A stretch of DNA of 34,161 nucleotides, from contig JADFCT010000001.1 in the NCBI GenBank assembly GCA_017161665.1, positions 1-34,161 on the forward strand, given 5' to 3'. This DNA comes from Candidatus Sumerlaeota bacterium. Its GTDB lineage: Bacteria; Sumerlaeota; Sumerlaeia; JADFCT01. Both the position numbers and the translations under genes were made by a program. Shown in pieces: positions 1-7,589 of this stretch. Below the pieces are notes generated by a model. The model was not told where the DNA came from and ran no database searches. It saw only the letters and a list, made by a program, of their open reading frames with translations. Numbering within the stretch: position 1 is the first letter of the stretch; each line of letters opens with the position of its first letter.

Positions 1-2172
1 CTCAAACCGGATAGCGCGTCCGGTCACAGGTCGGTCTAACCGAACCGTTTGCTGCACGGGATTGTTTTTGATGTTGGCAAAGGAGCCTTTCGCGACCGGC
101 TCGCCCCAGTTCTCTCCGTCGGGGCTGACACGAAGGACATAGTCCTTGACCGTTCCATTGTTGATGCTCCCGCTACGTGGCGTATAGGTGAAGCCGCGCA
201 GGGTCAGCGTCTCGCCCAGGTCGATGGTCATCGAGTGCGGATACGGATCGGCTGTCGGCGACCAGCGCGTGTGCCAGATCGTCGCCGGATCGCCGTCAAT
301 GGCCAGTTCGCCGCCTTCGCCCGGCTGGGCGCTGGAGACGGAGACCACTTTCCACTGGACCGAACAGATGTCCAGCCGGGCGGTTGTGATAGCGCTGCCT
401 TCGTCCCTGGGCGAAACGTCCGATGGAAAGGCGCGGGCCTTGATCACGCCGCCCTGGGCAAACGCAAAGGGCTGCGAATAAAGAGGCGACGCGCTGGTGG
501 GATCACTGCCGTCCGTCGTATAGCGGATCACCGGCCCCGGCGGATCGCAGGCGAGCGTCACCATGCCCGATCGATCCCGTTTCACAATGGGCGGGGTGGG
601 GCGGATCTCTTCATAGAACAGTCCGAAATGTGACAGCGTCATGGCGCATCGGGAATCCAAAATGCGAATGCGAATCTGTTTGGTGGATACCGTGCGCGTT
701 CGACAGATTTTCTTGTATCCGATCGTTTGCCCCTGAGCGATCTCGCGCCAGTCCCCTCCCCCGAAGGCGTCCACGGCGAACCGGGCGACACGCTGGGAAA
801 AGTCGCCAATGGCCTCCTGCAACACCACGCGGTTAAAGGTTCGCGCCTCGGGCAGATTGACAATGATCTCGCCCTGTTCCCTGTTCGGAACGAACCAGGC
901 CGTCTTAGGGTCGCCATCGACCAGATGGACGGCCGGATGGTCGGGACTGCCGGCGTCCTGTGTCGAGACCGTGGCGCCTTCGGATAAGTCTTTGGCGAAT
1001 GTCCTTTTTGTGATGTGGCCCACTTCCTCCAGAACCTTCACGTCCCGTTCCGGAAAAAGCCCTTCCCGGTTGGGGGGGATGTTGAGCAGAAACACCGTAT
1101 TGCCGCCAACCGATCGGTACCAGATGTCCAGGATTTCGTCTGTGGATTTGACGTACTGTTGCTCATCTCTCCAAAACCATCCATGCCGGATCGACGTGTT
1201 GGTTTCGGCGGGATAATAATGAAGATAGTGTCCGGCCGCCAGGGCCGCCTCAATCTTTTCCATGGAGCCCAGATCTTGATCCGTCATATCTGGCCAATCA
1301 AATATGTCTGCCGGTTGGGCGATGGGGACCACGCTCCATTCGGCCTCGCGCGTGCCGCCGCCTTCATTGCCGCACCACCGCACGTCCGGCCCCTTGCCGA
1401 AGATGACCGCCTCCGGCGCCAGCGCGCGGATCAGGTCATACCATTGTGTGTACGTGTAAGTTTGGCCGCCTTTGCGCTTGGGGTGGGCGCCGTCGAACCA
1501 GACTTCATGAATGGGGCCGTATTCGGTGAGAAGTTCGAACAGCTGGTTCAGAAAGTATTCGTTGTAGTCATCGGCTAAGACCTGGAAGGTGCGCTTATCC
1601 TGGAAGGGGCGACCGGGGACGGGCCGGGGGATGGTCCGTTCCGTGTAGGGACTCTGATTGCCGTAAAGGCCATCGGGATGTTCGATTTGATACAGATCGG
1701 CCGGTGACAGATAGACGCCGAGTTTGATGTTGAATTTCCGACAGGACTCGGTCAGATCGCGGAGGACATCGCCTTTACCATCCTGCCAGGGACTGGCGGC
1801 GACGGAGTGGGAGACATTATAGCGCGTCTGCCATAGACAGAAACCGTCATGGTGTTTGACGGTCAGGATCACCATCTTCATCCCCGCCGCCGCCATGGCC
1901 CGGGCCCACTGGTCCGTGTCCAGCCCCACCGGATTGAAGATGGCCGGGTCTTCTGTCCCCGTGCCCCATTCGCGACCCGTGAAGGTGTTGACGCCGAAGT
2001 GGACAAAGGCGATGAATTCGTTTTGATGCCACGCCAGTTGCCGGGGGTGGGGCTTGACGGCGACAGCCGCAGCGCGGGCGGAAGTGTCGTCCGGAGCCGG
2101 CGTCGCTTGAGCGACCGGCGAAACAAAAAGCCATTGAGACAAACAGACCATTGCAAGAATACGGCGAGCCAT
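1..2172 (-). CDS. Secreted alpha-L-fucosidase (GH29 catalytic domain plus two F5/8-type-C/discoidin carbohydrate-binding modules); C-terminus runs off the left edge
   Basis: This gene is absent from the ORF track because the frame never meets a stop inside the window. Manual translation of the minus strand from ATG 2172..2170 gives MARRILAMVCLSQWLFVSPVAQA (signal peptide). GH29 hallmarks follow: HQNEFIAFVHFGVNTFTGREWG, MKMVILTVKHHDGFCLWQT, GPIHEVWFDGAHP and GGNTVFLLNIPPNREGLFPE. Two discoidin-type segments begin VDGDPKTAW and IDGDPATIWHTRW. The frame stays open to nt 1. The other two minus frames carry the short listed ORFs, and the + strand ORFs at 49..1578 are antisense shadows. Confidence 0.85.
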   Translation of the reverse strand, partial: MARRILAMVCLSQWLFVSPVAQATPAPDDTSARAAAVAVKPHPRQLAWHQNEFIAFVHFGVNTFTGREWGTGTEDPAIFNPVGLDTDQWARAMAAAGMKMVILTVKHHDGFCLWQTRYNVSHSVAASPWQDGKGDVLRDLTESCRKFNIKLGVYLSPADLYQIEHPDGLYGNQSPYTERTIPRPVPGRPFQDKRTFQVLADDYNEYFLNQLFELLTEYGPIHEVWFDGAHPKRKGGQTYTYTQWYDLIRALAPEAVIFGKGPDVRWCGNEGGGTREAEWSVVPIAQPADIFDWPDMTDQDLGSMEKIEAALAAGHYLHYYPAETNTSIRHGWFWRDEQQYVKSTDEILDIWYRSVGGNTVFLLNIPPNREGLFPERDVKVLEEVGHITKRTFAKDLSEGATVSTQDAGSPDHPAVHLVDGDPKTAWFVPNREQGEIIVNLPEARTFNRVVLQEAIGDFSQRVARFAVDAFGGGDWREIAQGQTIGYKKICRTRTVSTKQIRIRILDSRCAMTLSHFGLFYEEIRPTPPIVKRDRSGMVTLACDPPGPVIRYTTDGSDPTSASPLYSQPFAFAQGGVIKARAFPSDVSPRDEGSAITTARLDICSVQWKVVSVSSAQPGEGGELAIDGDPATIWHTRWSPTADPYPHSMTIDLGETLTLRGFTYTPRSGSINNGTVKDYVLRVSPDGENWGEPVAKGSFANIKNNPVQQTVRLDRPVTGRAIRFE

Positions 2173-2390
2173 AAAAGCGCCTCCCGAGTGATGGTGACCT
2201 TAACACGTTCATTGTGCCCTTCCGGTTGCGGACAATTCAAGAATGCTTTGCCGGATTTTGCCCGAAATCTGATGGCGGATGCAATTCAGGGGCTGGGCGC
2301 CGTTGATGACGCTTGCCCGCGGCTGAGAAAATGAGATATCCTATTCCATTGCCACCCCAAAATGGTCGCGACCCGAAGGACGTTCCAACG

Positions 2391-3509
2391 ATGTTGCAAG
2401 ACGTATCGAACGCTCGGTTATTGATTGTCGATGAGTCAGAGAGCGAAATTCAGGCTCTGGTTGAAGAACTGGGCGGGACCTATCGGCTGACAGTGGTTCG
2501 CGACGGTGAAGCGGCTTTGCGTGAAGTCAATCCGGTGGCCCCTGACCTCATCCTGTTGAATGTCTTTCTGCCTGACTTCGACGGGTACGAAGTGTGCCGT
2601 CGTCTCAAGGCCGATCCCGCGACGCGTGACATCCCCGTGATTTTTATCTCTGCGCCTCAGGATGCGGAGGATGAATCCAAAGGACTGGCCCTGGGGGCTG
2701 TGGATTATGTGGCCAAACCCCTGCGCGCGCCCATTGTCCGCGCCCGCATCCGAACCCATCTGACCCTGCGCAAGGCCTTTGTCAAACTCGAGCATCAGAA
2801 CCAGGCGCTGCGTGAGGCGGCGGAACTGCGCGAGGATGTCGAGCGCATTACCCGCCATGACATCAAGCAGCCCTTGGACAATATCCTCTCCATCCCGCCG
2901 CTGCTCGAAGCCCAGGGCGATCTGACCGAAACCCAGGCCATGCTCGTGAGTCGCATCCGCGAAAACGGCTATCGGATTCTGGATATGGTCAATCGCTCCT
3001 TTGACTTGTATAAGATGGAAAAAGGCGTCTATCGCCTTCAGGCGCAGCCAATCGATCTGTTGCCCGTGATCCGTCAGGCCCTGGACGATTCTAAACACAC
3101 CGTCCAGTCCAAGAAAATCGAATCAGAGATTCATGGTGGCTCGAGGGAGGATCGGCCGGGTTCGAGCGATGGCGCTTTTATGGTCCAGGGGGAGCAATTG
3201 TTGTGTTATTCCATGCTGGCCAATCTCATCCGCAATGCCGTGGAAGCGTCTCCCGTTCATGGACGGATTCGCGTCGATTTGGGTCGTGAAGGGGCAATGG
3301 CTTTAATCCGCATCCAAAACCAGGGCGCGGTCCCCGAATCCATTCGTGATCGGTTCTTTGACAAATACGTGACCGCTGGGAAGGAAAACGGCTCCGGACT
3401 GGGAACTTATTCGGCGCGACTGATCGCCGAAACCCACCAGGGGACCATCCAACTGGACTGTGGCTCCGATGACACCACGACGGTCACCGTTTTTTTGCCG
3501 CGGGCGTAG
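2391..3509 (+). CDS. Hybrid signalling protein: N-terminal receiver (REC) domain with Asn at the phospho-acceptor position, fused to a HisKA-type helix and an HATPase_c histidine-kinase domain
   Basis: The track ORF is 2313..3509 (TTG start). I prefer ATG 2391 (GAAGGA 10 nt upstream), which gives MLQDVSNARLLIVDESE. REC motifs: LLIVDESE, PDLILLNVFLPDFDGYEV, IPVIFISA, DYVAKP. H-box ITRHDIKQPL; N-box LANLIRNAVEAS; G-boxes IQNQGAVPESIRDRFFDKY and GSGLGTYSARLIAE. Confidence 0.85.
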   Translation: MLQDVSNARLLIVDESESEIQALVEELGGTYRLTVVRDGEAALREVNPVAPDLILLNVFLPDFDGYEVCRRLKADPATRDIPVIFISAPQDAEDESKGLALGAVDYVAKPLRAPIVRARIRTHLTLRKAFVKLEHQNQALREAAELREDVERITRHDIKQPLDNILSIPPLLEAQGDLTETQAMLVSRIRENGYRILDMVNRSFDLYKMEKGVYRLQAQPIDLLPVIRQALDDSKHTVQSKKIESEIHGGSREDRPGSSDGAFMVQGEQLLCYSMLANLIRNAVEASPVHGRIRVDLGREGAMALIRIQNQGAVPESIRDRFFDKYVTAGKENGSGLGTYSARLIAETHQGTIQLDCGSDDTTTVTVFLPRA

Positions 3510-3751
3510 CAGATCCGATCGTTTCGCCGACGGGTGTGTTGGGTTTCCTCTCGATTCCAAAAAGCGATTGACTCGCGGGCTTTGGAAGCAGTATGCACGT
3601 GTTTTGTGAAACTGTTTTTCAGTTGTGGATCTGCAGCCGATTTGTCTTTGGCCCTGAAGAATTCACAGAGGCTTTCCATTGGATGCCTTTGTGACTTCTG
3701 TCGGCTGATGGCATGGCGCTGACAGATAATCATATTTTTGTATAATCAAGG

Positions 3752-6700
3752 ATGCCGGCTATGAAGATGCGTGTTCGCACAGCTGTCTTGAGTTTGATGA
3801 TGGCGCTGGGTTTGACTTTGGAACTTTCGGCTCAGGCGCCGTTGTTTCAGGACTCGTTTAATGAGAGTGTCATTCAAAGACCCGAGAGATGGAAAGTGTG
3901 GGGGGACATGCCGTCGTCCGGTTTGCATTATGTGGTTTCCAATGGTGAGTTTTATACCGGCAACGGGGATGATCTGATTAGCGAAAGCGGTTTCACCTAT
4001 GCCACAGTGGATGCGGCCATTGGAGGGGCGTGGACCGACTACGCAGTCGATGTCTATTTCCGTGGCGCCCAATACAACGGTGAGATTCGTATTGTTGGCC
4101 GCTTTCAAGATTCCGATAACCATTATGCGGCCTATTTTAATATCTCCAACTCCATCGACACCGGTCGTCGTCGCAAGGCCGGTATTGAACGGGTGTTGGA
4201 AGGTCAGCGCACGCTGTTAGGGAAAGAGATTGTGGATGGTGTCAACGGCGTTTCGATCCCGAAGATTGAAGGAATGCGGGAGCGGAATGAACGGCGTCAT
4301 GCGCGTCTGGTGTTTAACGGATCGACGATCGCTCTGTTTCTTGATGATGAGCAGTTGGTGGCCGTTGAAGACGATGCGCTGGAGTCGGGCACGGCTGGAG
4401 TGGGACAGCGTTGGAATGAGGTTTTCTTCAGTGAATTTCGGATTTTTCCGTCCAGACCCGATGATATCAAGATGGCGGGAAAGCCGGGCGAAATTATGCC
4501 GGCCATGACGCGCGCCGCTCAGGCGGAACCGCCGGTTTTCTATTGGGTTAATATGGGCGATGGGTTGTCACAGGCTGAGGCGGAGGCGATGATCTCGGAC
4601 TTGATCGACCAGGGGATATTTAATGGGCGCGCGGTGCAGGAAAATGGCCAGTGGCAGGTTGTGACCGGGGCCTTCTTTTCTTCCGAAGCCGCCGAGCGGA
4701 GTCAGGTCTTTTTAAAGGATCGGGGGTTGTCGCCGAAAGGTGTAATCCAGACGAAAGTGGAACTGGCGGCCAATGAAAAAGAGACACTCTATGAGTATCG
4801 TATTGTCTCCGGAACCTATAACGATCCGGCGACGGCGGGGCTCTTGAAGGACGCGCTGCTCAACGAGGGTTTTGGTACCGCTCGCATCGTAACCGAAGGG
4901 GGCGCGCACGCCGTCGTGGTGGGGCCGTATCCCACACAGCGGAGCGCTTACAGCGCACTGGAACGTATGCGCGCCGGTGGATTCACCGGGATGACAACCT
5001 CACGCCGGGAACTGGTTCGGATCTCGAGCGACATCAAGGACATGGCGTCCGGTGACATTGAACGCATCATCGCGGCCAGTGTTTCACGTCTGGATGAAAA
5101 AGAACGGGATGACATGGAGGCTGTGATCCGTTCGGTCGTCAGTACGGTGATGAAGGAACAGGACGCCCGGACGGTTGAGGAACTCAAGGCCATTCGCGAG
5201 AAATTGGCGGCCATGGAGAACCAACAGGGCCTTGTCGAGCAACTGAATCAGAACATTGCCAACGAAAAGAAACGCCAGGGAAAGATTGCCGGTTTGCTCT
5301 CCATGGTCGGCGAAGCGGTGGATCTGAAAAACTGGGAAAAGGCGGAAACAGCCTTAAAAGACCTGGAGTCCTTTGACCCGAACAATCCCTTGATTGATGT
5401 CAAGCGACAGTCAATCAGCATGGGCAAGGCGCGAATTGATGATCTGGGGGCGTGGATCAATGAGCAGTTCGACGCCCTTCGCAGTCAGGTTCAGTTATTG
5501 AGTATTCAGTCGGTGGCCGATGTGGAGAGCGCGTTGACTTTAGCGGCGCAGTTGGAGCAGGCGGGCGAGACCATTCCCGAACGTCTGGGCCAAGCCTTGC
5601 TGCAGTATGAATCCATCCGCGCCACGGCTAATGCCATGTTGGGCAAGGCCGGCAGCGATCCGGCTTTGCAGGCGGCGTTGCGTGAGGCCCTGACGGTGGC
5701 GCAATCCAAGATACAAATGCTGGATGGACGCTATCGCACGTATCTGGCGGCCAATCAGGATCGCATGGCCCACTTGGATCGGGTCGTAAGCGAACAGGCC
5801 GAGAGCCGTAGGATGAGTCAGTACGTTCTGATTGCCGTCGTGGCCCTGTTTGTTTTGATGGCGGGTGTGATTTATTTTCTGATGAAACAGAATCGTCGCC
5901 ATCGCGAGATTCTGGATTTGGTCAGTGAAATTCCGAATCGTCCGGCGGTGGCGTTTGCCGAAGAGCGGGGAAGCCTGGAATCCACCTCCCAGCCCAAGGC
6001 TTTGACGGCGGCCGCAGGCGTCGGCGCCGCCGGGGCGCTTGATCTGATGGCGGATAACATGGAGGAACCGGAACCCGATTTTGAGGACTCGTCTACCGAA
6101 GAACCCTCAAAATCTCCCGAGAAAACCGCGTCGGAGCCAGATGAAATGGACCAGACGCTGGACGATTGGGACAGTGACACCGTTTCTCTCGGATTAGAGG
6201 ATTCCGAGTCATCACCCATCGCCATGCCGGACATGACAAGCGAGTCTAATGACATCGAAGAAACCACCCCCGACCGTCTCGATGGCGATGTGGGGCTGGA
6301 TATGGACTTTTCTATGGAAGAGCCGATGGAGGAAGAAGAAGAAGAAGAAAAGACAAGGCCGGTGGATGACGTTGCTGAGGAAAAGTCGGAAGCGGAGTCC
6401 TTTGAAATGGGTGGACTTGATTTGGATGGATTCTCTTTGGAGGAATCCTCTCCGGAACTGGAAGAAGAGTCTGTCGAGGCGTCTTCCGAGTCGGAATCAC
6501 AGGAACCCCAATCGGGAAGCGCTTTGGGAGGCATTGATTCCGATCCATTGGAAGAACCGGACATGGATATGTTCGATCTGGGCTTGGATGATATGGGAGC
6601 CGAGCCGGTGACCGACGCCGAAGCGCCAGAGTCATCCACCGCGGCTGTGGAACCCAAGACGGCGGCGGTCGAAGACGAAACGCCCCTGATGGACGCGCCG

Positions 6701-7336
6701 AGTGGAGAGGATTTTGATCTGGGAGGCGATTTCGACTTTGGCGGTCTGGATTTTGATAATCTTACACCCGATGACGGGGAATCATCAAAAGCGGAAGCGA
6801 CAGAAAGCGCTCCGGAGCCGGTCTCTGAACCGGAGCCGAAGCCGGAGACCGTGGCGGAAGCCGATGCGCCGGCCGATCTGGATGACTTGGATCTGGGATT
6901 GGACCTGGGCCCCATGTTTGCCGATGTCGAGGAAAAACCAAAAGTGTCCATGCCTGCGCCGGCTCCAAAGGCCGAACCGGAGGATCTCAGCGGCATTGAG
7001 GATGTCAGCGGCGATGAACTGCTGGATCTGTCCGACATCCTGGGCGATGTGGGCGGGGATGCTTCGGGCGACGATGAGCCGGTGGCGCCGCCGGATGTAA
7101 ATGGGACTCCGAAAGCGCCGGCGTCAACAGAAGCCGCATCCACGGACGACTCGGATAATCCACTGGCGTCCAGCGATGCGGAAACACAGGTCATGAGTCC
7201 TCAGGAAATGGATATCTTCCGTTCGGAAGCGGAAGAGAAGTCGGAGGAGTCTGATCCGATGAGCGCGGACGATATCTTTGACCTTGGGGATATGGATTTT
7301 GACCTGTCCGATACAGAAACGGACAAGACCGAATAA
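3752..7336 (+). CDS. Type-I membrane protein: signal peptide, lectin-like jelly-roll module, two SPOR (peptidoglycan-binding) repeats, long helical region, one TM helix, ~480-aa acidic disordered cytoplasmic tail
   Basis: 1,194-aa ORF. The signal peptide is MKMRVRTAVLSLMMALGLTLELSAQA. A LamG/DUF1080-like jelly-roll spans aa ~30-232 (WKVWGD, YAVDVYFRG, ARLVFNGSTIALFLDDEQL, FFSEFRIF). Two SPOR-like repeats lie at nt 4535-4750 (VFYWVNMGDGLSQAEAEAMISDL...WQVVTGAFFSSEAAERSQVFL) and 4790-4996 (YEYRIVSGTYNDPATAGLLKDAL...HAVVVGPYPTQRSAYSALERM). The TM helix YVLIAVVALFVLMAGVIYFLM (nt 5822-5884) is followed by KQNRRHRE and then an Asp/Glu/Ser/Pro-rich tail to the stop. ATG 3761 or 3767 are alternative starts. 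Confidence 0.8.
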   Translation: MPAMKMRVRTAVLSLMMALGLTLELSAQAPLFQDSFNESVIQRPERWKVWGDMPSSGLHYVVSNGEFYTGNGDDLISESGFTYATVDAAIGGAWTDYAVDVYFRGAQYNGEIRIVGRFQDSDNHYAAYFNISNSIDTGRRRKAGIERVLEGQRTLLGKEIVDGVNGVSIPKIEGMRERNERRHARLVFNGSTIALFLDDEQLVAVEDDALESGTAGVGQRWNEVFFSEFRIFPSRPDDIKMAGKPGEIMPAMTRAAQAEPPVFYWVNMGDGLSQAEAEAMISDLIDQGIFNGRAVQENGQWQVVTGAFFSSEAAERSQVFLKDRGLSPKGVIQTKVELAANEKETLYEYRIVSGTYNDPATAGLLKDALLNEGFGTARIVTEGGAHAVVVGPYPTQRSAYSALERMRAGGFTGMTTSRRELVRISSDIKDMASGDIERIIAASVSRLDEKERDDMEAVIRSVVSTVMKEQDARTVEELKAIREKLAAMENQQGLVEQLNQNIANEKKRQGKIAGLLSMVGEAVDLKNWEKAETALKDLESFDPNNPLIDVKRQSISMGKARIDDLGAWINEQFDALRSQVQLLSIQSVADVESALTLAAQLEQAGETIPERLGQALLQYESIRATANAMLGKAGSDPALQAALREALTVAQSKIQMLDGRYRTYLAANQDRMAHLDRVVSEQAESRRMSQYVLIAVVALFVLMAGVIYFLMKQNRRHREILDLVSEIPNRPAVAFAEERGSLESTSQPKALTAAAGVGAAGALDLMADNMEEPEPDFEDSSTEEPSKSPEKTASEPDEMDQTLDDWDSDTVSLGLEDSESSPIAMPDMTSESNDIEETTPDRLDGDVGLDMDFSMEEPMEEEEEEEKTRPVDDVAEEKSEAESFEMGGLDLDGFSLEESSPELEEESVEASSESESQEPQSGSALGGIDSDPLEEPDMDMFDLGLDDMGAEPVTDAEAPESSTAAVEPKTAAVEDETPLMDAPSGEDFDLGGDFDFGGLDFDNLTPDDGESSKAEATESAPEPVSEPEPKPETVAEADAPADLDDLDLGLDLGPMFADVEEKPKVSMPAPAPKAEPEDLSGIEDVSGDELLDLSDILGDVGGDASGDDEPVAPPDVNGTPKAPASTEAASTDDSDNPLASSDAETQVMSPQEMDIFRSEAEEKSEESDPMSADDIFDLGDMDFDLSDTETDKTE
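6332..6349 (+). repeat. (GAA)6 trinucleotide run (preceded by GAG) encoding a Glu7 stretch inside the acidic tail
   Basis: Read directly as gag gaa gaa gaa gaa gaa gaa aag, in frame with the 3752..7336 CDS (MEEEEEEEK). Confidence 0.9.
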
Positions 7337-7478
7337 TCGGTTCGACTTATTCGAAACGCTTGGGATTGTGGATGGTGGGAGCGACAGGGAGCGCTGTATG
7401 ACGGGAACCCGGGATTGGCGTGATGCGCTTATCTCGGGTTTTGTCATAATGACTGCTTGATTGTGTCCATATAATTGC

Positions 7479-7518
7479 GACAATGAACCCATTGCGCCTA
7501 TGGGATTGTCATTTTTTC
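7479..7518 (+). terminator. Candidate intrinsic terminator downstream of the SPOR/acidic-tail gene
   Basis: GACAAT-gaa-CCCA pairs with TGGG-ATTGTC, giving 10 bp with a 3-nt bulge and a 9-nt loop. The hairpin is followed by A + TTTTTT (7512-7517). Confidence 0.4.
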
Positions 7519-7589
7519 AGACGCAGCCGACATGAAGTTTTATCTTCATTGACCCGATGGATTGATGTTTTGGAAAGTTTGGTTGGCCT

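Noticed and set aside
49-1578. The + strand ORFs at 49..633, 188..481, 630..836, 727..987, 809..1216 and 1015..1578
   Set aside because: They lie antisense to the continuous GH29 fucosidase frame (minus strand, open from 2172 to nt 1). They have Arg/Gly/Pro-rich shadow-ORF composition and no recognisable motifs.
2436-3098. 220-aa minus-strand ORF; likewise 15405..16052 (-) and 23372..23989 (+)
   Set aside because: They are antisense to the histidine kinase, lnt and ribF respectively, and have no recognisable domains.
3534-3722. 62-aa Cys-rich ORF (GTG start) upstream of the SPOR/acidic-tail gene
   Set aside because: It lies in an AT-richer stretch that looks like promoter/leader DNA, and it has no SD and no recognisable family. 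Seven Cys in 62 aa is intriguing but consistent with chance in TG-rich sequence.
3741-3746. TATAAT hexamer (preceded by TG) only 5 nt upstream of ATG 3752, suggesting a leaderless transcript
   Set aside because: There is no convincing -35 at proper spacing, and the promoter consensus for this unknown lineage is uncertain. Support is too weak to annotate.
5872-7194. 440-aa Ser-rich ORF on the minus strand
   Set aside because: It is exactly antisense to the acidic tail. GAN/GAR-rich sense codons read as TCN/NTC on the opposite strand, giving a stop-free Ser/Phe-rich artefact. The sense frame has the signal peptide, SPOR repeats and TM helix.
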